A stretch of 64,000 nt of DNA from sequence record LC373201.2. One strand, 5' to 3'. Under the pieces are notes generated by a model. The model made no database searches. It was not told where the DNA came from and saw nothing but the letters and a program-made list of their open reading frames with translations. Below, in pieces: positions 28,560 through 38,646 of this stretch. This DNA comes from Enterobacter phage EspM4VN. How positions within the stretch are numbered: the stretch's first letter is position 1; the number at the start of each line of letters is the position of its first letter. Both the position numbers and the translations under genes were made by a program.

Positions 28560-28616
28560 AGTGTTCCCTCCCTTCCATGCAACTAACTTTACTGCAATTC
28601 TGTATTGAATAAAGCG

Positions 28617-29189
28617 TTAATTTAACACTTTTAACTTCACATCGCGCTCGAGCAGATACACATATTCGCGAGCGGCGGCCAGCGACATATAATGGGTGGA
28701 CGGGATGCTGTGTTTGTTCAGCGTCTCTTTTAATTCAACGCGCTCAGCCCAACCATTAATGGATGTGCCGTAGAAGCCGATGATAGCCGCAAAATAAATG
28801 TTGCTAGTCTCAGGCTCCAGGATATAGTTCACCGTGAAGCACACCTCGGAGCGGATTGCTTCAAGCTTGATGCCGACACGAGTGCTAGGATAGTCGTTGG
28901 CCACACATAAATGGCGGAAGCGGTCACGCCTGGCTTGTGACGATTGCGTTAATTCGGATACCAATGTCGCCGTGGCATCGATATTAAAGGAGAAAGTGGA
29001 AGCCGTGTTCAAATCTGACTTTGCCCGATCTACCGCAGATGGGGGAACACGGCGGAAATTGACTTCTTTACGTGTCAGGCGCTTCACTTCGGCGGATATA
29101 TCTTCAAACGAAATATCCTTTGATTTCTTCCCTTCATATTTCTCTAATAAAGGAATGATATGTTTCGTGATGGCAGTGTTGATGTGCAT
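28617..29189 (-). CDS. hypothetical protein (190 aa)
   Basis: ORF track; last minus-strand gene before the divergent late region. Confidence 0.5.
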   Translation of the reverse strand: MHINTAITKHIIPLLEKYEGKKSKDISFEDISAEVKRLTRKEVNFRRVPPSAVDRAKSDLNTASTFSFNIDATATLVSELTQSSQARRDRFRHLCVANDYPSTRVGIKLEAIRSEVCFTVNYILEPETSNIYFAAIIGFYGTSINGWAERVELKETLNKHSIPSTHYMSLAAAREYVYLLERDVKLKVLN

Positions 29190-29490
29190 GAGAGGTTCCT
29201 TAATATATGGTTAATTGACCACACTATTATATTGGTGAAGGTGTTATTGAATTAAAGGCCAACAAAATAGGAGCGCGGTTTATTAATAGGCAAAAACTAC
29301 TTTTCTACACCACTCAGAGACTGTATCTTACTGTGGTGCCCTTTGAGTTGTGAGTGTTAACGAACAACGAAAAGCAGCCTCCATGGCTGTGGAATGGGAC
29401 TGCCTGTCAAGGCGGTGTTACGAGCGAAGCGAGTAGGTTAATATAATCGATATATCGCGAGCGCGAGGAAGCCATTTCAATCTGCTCCGG

Positions 29491-29498
29491 CTAAATAT
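29491..29498 (+). promoter_or_regulatory. late promoter motif CTAAATAT
   Basis: Motif about 40 nt upstream of the baseplate wedge gene start. Confidence 0.45.
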
Positions 29499-29537
29499 CT
29501 TCAACACCATATTCAAGCTCAGGTGATGGAGATCAAC

Positions 29538-31316
29538 ATGGCCACACAAACAGTTCCCTCACTCGATGTCAGGACTTTCGAGTTCCTTCTCAAGAAGCGA
29601 ATGAAAGCAGACCCGACCTTCAAAGATTACAACTTCGAAGGTTCCGGCCTCAGTGCCATCATTCGCCTCTTGGCCTCGGATGCCAATGCCGTCGGGTATA
29701 TGCAGAACATGCTGAATGGCGAAAGTCATCTTCACTCTGCCCAACAGCGTTCCAACGTCGGCCTCGCGGCGGGGTTCCTTTCGTATACCCCTGACAACTA
29801 CAAGGCGGCATTCCTGTATGCCAACGTGACTGTCACTCCATACGATGCCAGCACAGCCCCTGATACAATCGTGATTGACCGCCGCGCGATGTTCATTGGA
29901 GCGAAGGACGGCAAGTCCTATAACTTCACTGTCGACACGCCTGTCAGCGCCACGCTGGTTGACGGATCATACAAGTTCGAAAATCTGAAGCTCGTCCAGG
30001 GCAACTGGTTGTACAAATCATACGACGTCGAGGGTAGTGCGATCTCTTCTTATGTGATCCCGTCTTCAACTGTTGACATCAACCACATGGTGGTGCAGGT
30101 GGCGGCTTCCGACACAGCAGATGAGACTAGCACATATTCCCGTTATGTCAGTCCGTTCGACCTGAGCCAATACGCCCAGCTCTACTTTGTGGAACTTGGC
30201 CTGGATGGGATGTACACCTTTGAATTCGGTGATGGGTACATCTGCAAACGCGTCGAAGACGGGAACGTCGTCTATCTGCAGTATCTAGAGACATCTGGTG
30301 AAGATGGTAACGACATCACCTCTTTGTCTTCTGCTTCATCTATCGGTGGCTTCAACCTCGTGGACGTTGAACTGGTGTCGGAGCGCTCATCAGGCGGTGC
30401 TGCCCCAGAAAGCATCGAAGACACGAAGCGCCTTGCACCACTGGCGTACCAGGCTGAGGGCGCGGCTGTTGCTGAGATGGATTATGCTGTGTTGACAGAG
30501 CGTCTGTTCTCCAATGTATCACGCGCTAAAGCATATGGCGGAGATACGCTCTCTCCTCCCGACTCCGGATACGTGTACATCGCTGTCATCCCTACTACTG
30601 GTGAGACGCTTTCAGACGCCGAGAAGGCAGATATCGTGGCGACGTTAGACAAGTATAATGTTGGGACCATCACACCCAAGATCGTTGATGCTGATATCAC
30701 GTACATCGATGTCACCACAACCGTGTTCTGGGATCCGACTTCTACTGCGTTCAATGAAGAGCAACTCAAGGTCGTTGTGTCAAACGGTGTTGTCAATTGG
30801 GGTGCATCTAACCTTGAAGGATTCGAAGAGTTGTTCGACAAAGAGCAGCTGCAAGAAGCCATCACAAAGATGGACCGTTCTATTGCGTCCAACATCGCAT
30901 CCGTGAAGTACAAGCGCCATTTCAGGCCGGACTACGGGGTTCTGGACAGCTTCACGTTTGACTTCGACAGGTCTATTGCTGCTGGCTCTGTGCGCATCAG
31001 TGGGTTCAAGCCGCTTCCGGCTGAGGTGGATTTCACGTACTACATACGAGACGTCAGTGGTGTGTTGAATATGTACAAGGTCAGCACAACCGATACGACG
31101 AAAGAGTATCTGGTGCAGGCGGTCGGTACTGTGGATTATGTGAATGGTGTTGTGGAATTGCAACAGATCACTGTATCGAACTACAATACCGAGGGTGTGA
31201 CTATCGTGGTGTCACCTGATGGTCTGAATCAGAACCTGCAGGCGGTGCAGAACCAGGTATTGCGCATTGGCACAGTGGCAGTCCTGCCGGAGGTGCGTTA
31301 TGTCCAAAGATCTTAA
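29538..31316 (+). CDS. baseplate wedge subunit (T4 gp6-like)
   Basis: 593 aa. N-terminal KDYNFEGSGLSAIIRLLASDANAVGYMQN parallels T4 gp6 LDYDFEGSRLNVLCDLLAYNTLYIQQFGN. GGAGAT RBS. Confidence 0.6.
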   Translation: MATQTVPSLDVRTFEFLLKKRMKADPTFKDYNFEGSGLSAIIRLLASDANAVGYMQNMLNGESHLHSAQQRSNVGLAAGFLSYTPDNYKAAFLYANVTVTPYDASTAPDTIVIDRRAMFIGAKDGKSYNFTVDTPVSATLVDGSYKFENLKLVQGNWLYKSYDVEGSAISSYVIPSSTVDINHMVVQVAASDTADETSTYSRYVSPFDLSQYAQLYFVELGLDGMYTFEFGDGYICKRVEDGNVVYLQYLETSGEDGNDITSLSSASSIGGFNLVDVELVSERSSGGAAPESIEDTKRLAPLAYQAEGAAVAEMDYAVLTERLFSNVSRAKAYGGDTLSPPDSGYVYIAVIPTTGETLSDAEKADIVATLDKYNVGTITPKIVDADITYIDVTTTVFWDPTSTAFNEEQLKVVVSNGVVNWGASNLEGFEELFDKEQLQEAITKMDRSIASNIASVKYKRHFRPDYGVLDSFTFDFDRSIAAGSVRISGFKPLPAEVDFTYYIRDVSGVLNMYKVSTTDTTKEYLVQAVGTVDYVNGVVELQQITVSNYNTEGVTIVVSPDGLNQNLQAVQNQVLRIGTVAVLPEVRYVQRS

Positions 31317-32154
31317 TAATGGCCACAATGGGGTGAAGTATGAAACCCCGTTGTTCTACCAGAACGAATTCCCTGCGTTCATTGAGTTCATGGATACGTT
31401 CTTCAATTGGCTGTATCGCCAACAGGGGTTCACTGAAGAAGAGATCTTGTCGTATCTTGCGGACCCAGAGGCTTGGGTGAATCCGAACACTGAAGATTCA
31501 CCTCTCATGCAGTTGATCGACATCAAGAAGCGGAAGACTCCTGGCACAGAGGCCAAAGACTTCTTGGAAGACAAGTTCCTGACGCGCACCTTTGAAGAGA
31601 TGATGGCGCTGGATGCCGAGGATCTCTTGGACGTTGATGGTCGACCTTTGTTGTCCATGGAAGACAAGAACGAACGCATCGACGACTGGTATGATGATTT
31701 CGGTTTCCAGAGAACGGTGGATAAGAACTTCCTTGAGTTTGGCCACTTCGTGCCTGATGGATCAGACTCTCTGGTGACCTCAGACGGCGACACGTTCTCT
31801 GTGTTTGTGGCGGGGATCCGACGCCGAACTCTAGACCATGTGCGTTGGTTGAAATTGCTCAAGCACATATATCGTATTCGTGGCACAAAGAAAGCTATCG
31901 AACTGTTCTTCTGGATTTACTTTGGATGTCCTGTGTCTGTATACTATCCAAAGGAAGAGATCGGCGGCCTGGATGATAACTTTGAATGTGATGGCGCAAC
32001 TGGGATGCGCGATGACTATTACTATGATGAATTCACTTACGTGATAAGAGTCCCTGGCGACGTATCTGATTTTGAGGGCGTGTTTGAGCGCGTCTTCCGT
32101 CAGCATTTCCATCCTGCTGGGTTTACCGTATTCCTGGAAAGTTCAAGGAGTTAA
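31300..32154 (+). CDS. baseplate/tail-associated protein (284 aa)
   Basis: ORF overlapping the gp6-like stop; sits within the structural operon. Confidence 0.45.
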   Translation: MSKDLNNGHNGVKYETPLFYQNEFPAFIEFMDTFFNWLYRQQGFTEEEILSYLADPEAWVNPNTEDSPLMQLIDIKKRKTPGTEAKDFLEDKFLTRTFEEMMALDAEDLLDVDGRPLLSMEDKNERIDDWYDDFGFQRTVDKNFLEFGHFVPDGSDSLVTSDGDTFSVFVAGIRRRTLDHVRWLKLLKHIYRIRGTKKAIELFFWIYFGCPVSVYYPKEEIGGLDDNFECDGATGMRDDYYYDEFTYVIRVPGDVSDFEGVFERVFRQHFHPAGFTVFLESSRS

Positions 32155-32156
32155 AA

Positions 32157-33368
32157 ATGGCCGATTTCCTGAGTCAATATACAGGTCAGCAGATTGATGC
32201 AATTCTTGGTTCTGTTGACGACAAAGTAAGCAAGAACGATGTTATCAACGATTTCGCCGTTGATGACCCGTTGTTCCCTCCGTCTGCTCATCTGACGTAT
32301 GAGCTGAAGCGTTCTGTGGATGACATCTACGACACGCTGAACAACAAGGTCATCCGTACTGACGGTGGTGCACAAACCATCAACGGAGCCAAATCATTTG
32401 CGGCGTTGGTGACGGTCAGTGGTGGTTTGAATGTTCCGACTGGCGCGAAATTGTCAATCACTGATGAGCCAACGGTAGCAACAGATGGCGTGAATCTCTC
32501 CATGCTCCGCAAACACGGGGTGAGTGAGGACACGGCTGGAGTGAACTCTGGTCTAAAGATTGAATTGTTGCCCAACGGTTACAACACGCTTGTATTCGAC
32601 GGCACGAATCTGGCCACATACTCTGGAACTGGTGTACCCACTACCATGTTACTGGTGAGCGGGACCAGCACCGTCAGGTACGATACAACCGCTTTCGTGA
32701 CATCCATCTTCAATGATACGCGTTTCAACGCTTATCTGAAGATTGTTGACTACGACGCCGATATGTTGGATATCCAGGCTCAGTTCAACACCGTCAACAC
32801 CACACTGGCTGCGAAGGTCAATACATCGACCTATAACACCAAGATGGCAAGTCTGGATGCCAGCATTTTGGACCTGACAAACAACAAAGTGAACGTCAGC
32901 ACGTATAATACGAAGATGACGTCTTTGGACAGTTCGATCAGCAGCATTCAGGGTGATATCAGTACGATCAATACCACGTTGGCTGGAAAGGTTAACACAA
33001 CAACCTACAATGCCAAAATGACGAGCCTAGACGCCGACATTGCTGCTCGTGTGACGATCGGGAAGACTAACCCGAGCAGCATCACCATTTCTGCATCTGG
33101 TAGCTCTGCCTTGCCTGATTTCAACCTGGTGAATTTGTGCCAGGTATTGGTGACTGCACAATGGGGTACAGGCAACGTCGTGGACACATATCGCGTGACG
33201 ATTACCCGCGACGGGACGATCAAGACCGAGCTGTTGATTCAGAAGTCAACATCAGGTACAGTGTCATTCGCAGGTTCTGTGGTGTCTTCAAAACTTCGCC
33301 TGACGATTACCAACGCGAACACGACGACTGCTTGCTCTGTGGACTACACTCTGGTATCTTCTTTCTAA
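32157..33368 (+). CDS. tail fiber protein with tandem 22-aa (66-nt) repeats
   Basis: 403 aa. Three or four tandem copies of VNxSTYNTKM(A/T)SLD. Glycine- and threonine-rich fibrous composition. Confidence 0.55.
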   Translation: MADFLSQYTGQQIDAILGSVDDKVSKNDVINDFAVDDPLFPPSAHLTYELKRSVDDIYDTLNNKVIRTDGGAQTINGAKSFAALVTVSGGLNVPTGAKLSITDEPTVATDGVNLSMLRKHGVSEDTAGVNSGLKIELLPNGYNTLVFDGTNLATYSGTGVPTTMLLVSGTSTVRYDTTAFVTSIFNDTRFNAYLKIVDYDADMLDIQAQFNTVNTTLAAKVNTSTYNTKMASLDASILDLTNNKVNVSTYNTKMTSLDSSISSIQGDISTINTTLAGKVNTTTYNAKMTSLDADIAARVTIGKTNPSSITISASGSSALPDFNLVNLCQVLVTAQWGTGNVVDTYRVTITRDGTIKTELLIQKSTSGTVSFAGSVVSSKLRLTITNANTTTACSVDYTLVSSF

Positions 33369-33376
33369 AGTGAAAA

Positions 33377-33417
33377 CTAAATACCCCTAGATGACATGAA
33401 CACATTTAGGGGTATTT
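33377..33417 (+). promoter_or_regulatory. late promoter CTAAATACCCC embedded in an 11-bp inverted repeat (AAATACCCCTA...TAGGGGTATTT)
   Basis: Motif plus a perfect inverted complement 17 nt downstream, immediately upstream of the tailspike gene at 33421. Confidence 0.5.
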
Positions 33418-33420
33418 GAA

Positions 33421-36400
33421 GTGGCTAACAAACCAACACAGCCTGTTTTCCCTCTCGGCCTGGGGGCTGAAGAGCAGTCTACTTTGGCTGGTATCCTCAA
33501 CACGGGAACGATTGAGCATGGGCCAGATGCTGTCCTGACTTTGCCTGAGGGTAATGCTAGCGCTGGCCTCCCGTCTTCTGTTCGCTATAATGCTGACTCC
33601 GACGAATTCGAGGGCTTCTACGAAAATGGTGGATGGTTGCCGCTGGGTGGCGGTGGTATCCGCTGGGAAGCGCTTCCGCATGCCTCTACGGCAACGCTCA
33701 CTGAAGGGCGGGGCTATCTGGTAGATAACTCAACCAACGTCTCTACGGTGGTGTTTCCTTCCCCTACTCGCGTGGGTGATTCTGTCACGGTCTGTGACTT
33801 GTATGGGAAGTTCTCACTGTATCCTCTGACTATCGATCCAAACGGGCGTCCAATGTATGGTTCCACAGAGCCTATGACTCTGTCCACCGACAGTGTGTCT
33901 GCGACGTTCACGTGGTCTGGCGACGCGCGTGGCTGGATTGTGACTGCTGGCGTCGGCCTTGGTCAGGGGCGCGTGTATAGTCGTACCATTTTCACAGAAA
34001 CGGTTACGGCAGACACCGCTCAGGTCACTCTGACTTCACAACCATCTATCGTGGATGTGTACGTGGATGGCAAGCGCCTGTTGGAATCCAAGTACTCTCT
34101 GGACGGGTTCAACGTCAACTTCAGTCCATCTATCCCTTCCGGCTCGGAACTCCAGGTCATCCAATACGTCCCGATCCAGTTGGGCAATGGCTCCGGCGGT
34201 TCCGGTGGCGGTACGGTTATCACTTGGATCTACAATAGTGGATCAGCTGCGGGTGGTGAAACTGAGATTGAGTTGGATGTGGATGCAGAAGATGTTTCTG
34301 AGATCTTTATCGGTGGATCCCGCCAACAGAAAGGCCTGGGCTTCACTTATGACTCAGACACCAAGATTATCTCTCTGGCAGATGAGCTGGACGCTGGGGA
34401 TGAGGTTGTCGTTGTCATCAATGGCGACCCAACCCTGTACAACCAGATCGACCGTACACCAAACGAAGTGGCGCGTTCTGCCAACGTTCCTGTGTCTCAG
34501 GTGATTCTGACTTCCGATACTATCACCAAATTGGACGGCAAAACAGTCATCTATGACGTGAACGCACAAAAGATGTGGAGCCTGCCTTCGGGCATTCCAA
34601 CAGGGGCTTCTATCGTCTCGGTGAGCGGGAGCAACCTGACCTACGCTCCTGGCAACGTCGTGGTCTCGCTGAAACCAGTTGTTGGAAGCGGCACAGATAC
34701 AGATCTGAAGTACCTACCGCTGCGCCGTAATCTGTTCAAAGGCGTCGCCGACTATGTGGGAACCCCCCTGTATGACGGTAACGATCAGACACGTATCACC
34801 TTCACCGACAACACCACAGCACTCAAAGAATTTTTGCTGTCTTCAGAAAATGTTGTCAACGGGGTGAAATACGTTTACATCCCAACTGGCCATTACGGAT
34901 TTGGCGGACCAAAGATCATTTTAGACCCGACCACTCTTCCGTACAAAAGTATCTTAATCTATGGTGATGGGATCGGTAAAACAATCCTGGACTACGTGAA
35001 AGAAGACAACACAGGCACTGGCAACACAGAGCAGGGGGATAATGCTCTTGAACTTATTCGCTTTGAAGTCGGTTTCGACCTTGTGTCCTTTGTAGACGTG
35101 ACAACCAAATGTACGACGAAGCACGGGTTTGTGAATGGTATTCCATCAAGTGATCCCTCAAACTGGGCGATCTACAACGGTACTGTTTGGTTCTGCCATA
35201 TCAAGCAGGCAAAACGCGTGGAACTTGATGGTGTTGAAGCGACACGTGGGAATTATCGTTGTATCAGTATTGATGGCATCTCCGACTCTTCGCCAGCAGT
35301 CACAGACCTCTTCATGAGAAACTGTATTGGTCACCACAACACCAGCAGCGGTTTCTGGTTGAGGGGTATTGCCCATGCCGATATCGCAGATTGCACGTTC
35401 TATCGTAATGGCACCTTGGGTGTGACTGCAACGGGTTATGGTCTGACGTTCAGCCAGTACTGCTCGAATATCAAATTGAAAAACGTTAACTCTTACGAAA
35501 ACTACAGAAAAGGCATTGACAAACACGGCGGTCTGGGTACTGTGAGCATGGAGAACGTTACGGTAGCAGACAACATCGTATTCCAGATGTCGTTTGATCA
35601 TCAGTACAACGGAAAGTATGACCCAAGCACCATTACCAATATGATTCTGAGTGGGGTACATATTTCATTCGGCGAAAACCTTGATTTTTGTAATGAGGCA
35701 TTGGCGGCGATTGATTTACAGTACAGAAACCACATCACGGTGTTGTTGAACGACAAGAACATCGATGGGACTCCGGCCAACAGACTGGGTTCAGTCGTGA
35801 TGAACGATTGCTCTATCCGATATTTGCCTGGTGTGACCCAAAACTTCTACGGTTACAATGGACTGAATTGTATGGCCAGTGAACTTCGCCTGGATAATCT
35901 TAACATGGATATCCGAAACATGAAGTTGGATCGAGCAGGCAACAAAACTGTCTACACCTTCATGCCTATCACGATGGCGAGGGATAACAACACTCTGGTG
36001 ATCAACGGGGGTGATTACCTAACCGGCTCCGGCAAGATGAATGACAATACCGGAGTGGCCAGTAATGCTCTGTTTATATCTCAGGTGGCAACTGGTAGGG
36101 TTATCTCGGACAACGCGTGCTATGATATGCAAGACATGGTTCTGTTTGGTACAACTGGCGGTGGTCGCGCGTTCGCCTGGAACGGTGCCCGCAAATTGAA
36201 CGGCAACACGTTCAAGTTCAGGGATATCCAAGGCAACACCCACAACATCGTCGGTTCTGGTTTCGCTTGGTTGTCTACTGCTATGATGTTCGGTGGCGGA
36301 GCAGCAACCCAATACGGTGGCAAAAACAGAGTTGGGTTCGGTGATTGTAATGTCGTTGCGGATTACGCCTTTGGTGACTTGGACAATGGAGTGACATTTA

Positions 36401-36750
36401 AGGTCAGCAACCAAGTGTTGTCGGCTGCGTCCCCTCTGAAGATATTGACTGGTAACTTGTATGGTAACTTGTCGATGGTTCTGTCTGGTCGTTGTGTGCG
36501 CACTGGAGATACTTTGGCTGTTCGTTGGCTTGGTTCAGCCAACACGTATCAGGTTGCTACCGGAAGTGCGATCTTGGCTTCTGGTGCACCGACGGATTAC
36601 ACGATACAGTATAACGGCGTCAACACCGGGTTTGTGTGCAAAGCAATCCCTTTGACCACCACGACAGACCTGGCGGTGACCGAATTCTATCTGGGTGAAA
36701 TTACAGGGTATGACAGCTACACGCCTAAATTCCTTGGCTTTGCTAAATAA
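33421..36750 (+). CDS. tailspike protein with extended N-terminal attachment module (CBA120 TSP4-like), right-handed beta-helix
   Basis: 1109 aa. N-terminal extension, then a VILTSDTITKLDGKTVIYDV...SGSNLTYAPGNV anchor module shared with the other three tailspikes. The C-terminus is a beta-helix-type (pectate-lyase-like) region. Confidence 0.6.
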   Translation: MANKPTQPVFPLGLGAEEQSTLAGILNTGTIEHGPDAVLTLPEGNASAGLPSSVRYNADSDEFEGFYENGGWLPLGGGGIRWEALPHASTATLTEGRGYLVDNSTNVSTVVFPSPTRVGDSVTVCDLYGKFSLYPLTIDPNGRPMYGSTEPMTLSTDSVSATFTWSGDARGWIVTAGVGLGQGRVYSRTIFTETVTADTAQVTLTSQPSIVDVYVDGKRLLESKYSLDGFNVNFSPSIPSGSELQVIQYVPIQLGNGSGGSGGGTVITWIYNSGSAAGGETEIELDVDAEDVSEIFIGGSRQQKGLGFTYDSDTKIISLADELDAGDEVVVVINGDPTLYNQIDRTPNEVARSANVPVSQVILTSDTITKLDGKTVIYDVNAQKMWSLPSGIPTGASIVSVSGSNLTYAPGNVVVSLKPVVGSGTDTDLKYLPLRRNLFKGVADYVGTPLYDGNDQTRITFTDNTTALKEFLLSSENVVNGVKYVYIPTGHYGFGGPKIILDPTTLPYKSILIYGDGIGKTILDYVKEDNTGTGNTEQGDNALELIRFEVGFDLVSFVDVTTKCTTKHGFVNGIPSSDPSNWAIYNGTVWFCHIKQAKRVELDGVEATRGNYRCISIDGISDSSPAVTDLFMRNCIGHHNTSSGFWLRGIAHADIADCTFYRNGTLGVTATGYGLTFSQYCSNIKLKNVNSYENYRKGIDKHGGLGTVSMENVTVADNIVFQMSFDHQYNGKYDPSTITNMILSGVHISFGENLDFCNEALAAIDLQYRNHITVLLNDKNIDGTPANRLGSVVMNDCSIRYLPGVTQNFYGYNGLNCMASELRLDNLNMDIRNMKLDRAGNKTVYTFMPITMARDNNTLVINGGDYLTGSGKMNDNTGVASNALFISQVATGRVISDNACYDMQDMVLFGTTGGGRAFAWNGARKLNGNTFKFRDIQGNTHNIVGSGFAWLSTAMMFGGGAATQYGGKNRVGFGDCNVVADYAFGDLDNGVTFKVSNQVLSAASPLKILTGNLYGNLSMVLSGRCVRTGDTLAVRWLGSANTYQVATGSAILASGAPTDYTIQYNGVNTGFVCKAIPLTTTTDLAVTEFYLGEITGYDSYTPKFLGFAK

Positions 36751-36755
36751 ACAAA

Positions 36756-36772
36756 AGCCCCTTCGGGGGCTT
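36756..36772 (+). terminator. terminator hairpin AAGCCCCttcgGGGGCTT
   Basis: Perfect stem with a UUCG loop after the tailspike stop. Confidence 0.5.
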
Positions 36773-36795
36773 CATGAGAACAACAGGAGATTCAC

Positions 36796-38592
36796 ATGAA
36801 TCCGCAATTCAATCAGCCGAAAGGCTCGACGTCTTGGAACATCAACCGCAAGGCCATTGCCCGCGCTGCGAACGTGGCCGAAAGTGCTGTTATCTTCAGT
36901 TCTGAAACAACTGTGAATCTGGATAGCAAGACCGTCATTTATGATGAAACCGCGCAAAAGATTTGGGGCAAACCATCTGGTATCCCGAATGGTGTCAAGA
37001 TCATTTCAGTATCCGGTTCTAACTTGACATACACAGGTCCGGTTACTGTTCCTTTGGTGTCGTACACGGGTTCAGCAGATGAAATGGTGGCACGACTGGG
37101 TATTGTACCACACCGTGCCAAAATCAGTGATGATCTCAACGCCATTGACCGTCGCCCTGACGGTTATGGCGGATCATTCGCTTCGGTCCTGGCGAATGGC
37201 CAGGATGTACAGGTCAATAAAGACGTAAATTTGACCAGCCCTATTCTTCCTGGGGATTATCAGGTAATTCAGGGTGCTGGCGGCAGCGTTACCATGACCA
37301 GCATAGCGCGAGCAGTCAGTATCGCCTCCAAGAAAGGGGTTTTCGTCAGGATGCTCCGGGCGATAGGTTCTGTTGTCAATGGCGCATCAACTGGGAACGT
37401 TGCATACGCTTGCGTAGCTTCTGATTCAAGCAATATACACGTCGACTATATTGATGCCTCCAAATTCACTGGAGCCGTGGAATTCCTGAGAACTAGTGAT
37501 TTCACCATCAGGAATGTTATGGCGCGAAATATGAGGTATCATCCAGATGTTGTGGCAGGTGGGTATGGCGTGTTGTTGGAAGGTTGTACTCGCGGCCTGG
37601 TTGACGGAATCAATTTCAGGGCATCGAACGAAGACGGCGACCTCGGGCGTCATGCTGTGTATATTTCCGTGGACTCTAGTGGTAATTTCTGCGAAGATAT
37701 TATTGTCAGAAACATTATTGCGACTTATTCTAATATTGACAACCGTGATATGCCTGCTGCCGTTGTAAGGAAGAGCAACCGCTGCATGATTGATGGATTT
37801 GATATAAATGGTTCAAACGGCGGCATTGGACTGAATGCGGATAACGGCGCTATTCAAGACTTTCAAATCCGAAACGGTCACATGAAGATCATCCAGTATG
37901 ATGATAACGCCATTTATGGAATATCTGGAGGCGTAGACAACACTCCAGCAACTGTTATTGGGTTGAGAGTTGACAACGTCACTATTGAGATGGAAGTCAA
38001 ATCCGGTGTGACCCCGACAACTGTCCGCCTGCACGGTCTGAACATGACGTGTCGTGACAGCCGTTTTACTAACTTGAGATTCAAAAGTCACGGGTCTTCG
38101 AACCCAATTCTTGTCCCTGTCGGAGCGATGAATCTGGTGTTCGACGGTATTTCGGATTTTGTGACAGCAGGATCGGCAACGGGAGCCGCCCTCATCCGTT
38201 TCCAAGGGACCAACAGCAATATCAGTGTGTTCAACGTGAAGACAGCACGAGCCGTGTTTGTCGGCCTTGATAATGTGACTGATCTGACGGTCAACTGGGA
38301 GCGTTTCGCTCGCATCGTGAACAACAACGGAACGATCACCACCACTGATTCTAACTCGCTGATCAGTTCGGTTACGACTACGGGCACTGGGGAAATCACT
38401 GTTGTGTTCAAGAACCATGTGACGACTGACGCAGTACGCAACTGCACTGTGACTCCAGCGAGCGTGGCGGGGTTGGTAGTTCTTCCAGAGATAACAGGTA
38501 GAAACTTGGTGTTGCGCTTCTACAACGGTAGTGGAACTCTTGTACCTCTTTCCTCTTCGATTGTCAGCGCAGATATCCGACTGCATTCTTGA
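36796..38592 (+). CDS. tailspike protein (short N-terminal anchor type)
   Basis: 598 aa. Begins MNPQFNQPKGS... with the conserved VIFSSETTVNLDSKTVIYDE..SGSNLTY anchor. Confidence 0.6.
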   Translation: MNPQFNQPKGSTSWNINRKAIARAANVAESAVIFSSETTVNLDSKTVIYDETAQKIWGKPSGIPNGVKIISVSGSNLTYTGPVTVPLVSYTGSADEMVARLGIVPHRAKISDDLNAIDRRPDGYGGSFASVLANGQDVQVNKDVNLTSPILPGDYQVIQGAGGSVTMTSIARAVSIASKKGVFVRMLRAIGSVVNGASTGNVAYACVASDSSNIHVDYIDASKFTGAVEFLRTSDFTIRNVMARNMRYHPDVVAGGYGVLLEGCTRGLVDGINFRASNEDGDLGRHAVYISVDSSGNFCEDIIVRNIIATYSNIDNRDMPAAVVRKSNRCMIDGFDINGSNGGIGLNADNGAIQDFQIRNGHMKIIQYDDNAIYGISGGVDNTPATVIGLRVDNVTIEMEVKSGVTPTTVRLHGLNMTCRDSRFTNLRFKSHGSSNPILVPVGAMNLVFDGISDFVTAGSATGAALIRFQGTNSNISVFNVKTARAVFVGLDNVTDLTVNWERFARIVNNNGTITTTDSNSLISSVTTTGTGEITVVFKNHVTTDAVRNCTVTPASVAGLVVLPEITGRNLVLRFYNGSGTLVPLSSSIVSADIRLHS

Positions 38593-38603
38593 TTACAGCT
38601 TCA

Positions 38604-38640
38604 CTAAATACCCCATATTGGCAAATCCTCTATGGGGTAT
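38604..38640 (+). promoter_or_regulatory. late promoter CTAAATACCCCATA with a downstream inverted complement TATGGGGTAT
   Basis: Same architecture as at 33377. Confidence 0.5.
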
Positions 38641-38646
38641 CTTCAA

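Noticed and set aside
24450-28600. CRISPR array or other regular direct-repeat array in the non-coding region
   Set aside because: The repeats present are inverted (hairpins) and irregular. There is no repeat-spacer periodicity.
38632-38646. ATG at 38632 as the tailspike start
   Set aside because: This ATG lies inside the inverted-repeat arm of the late-promoter hairpin. The downstream ATG at 38647 is preferred, though both remain possible.
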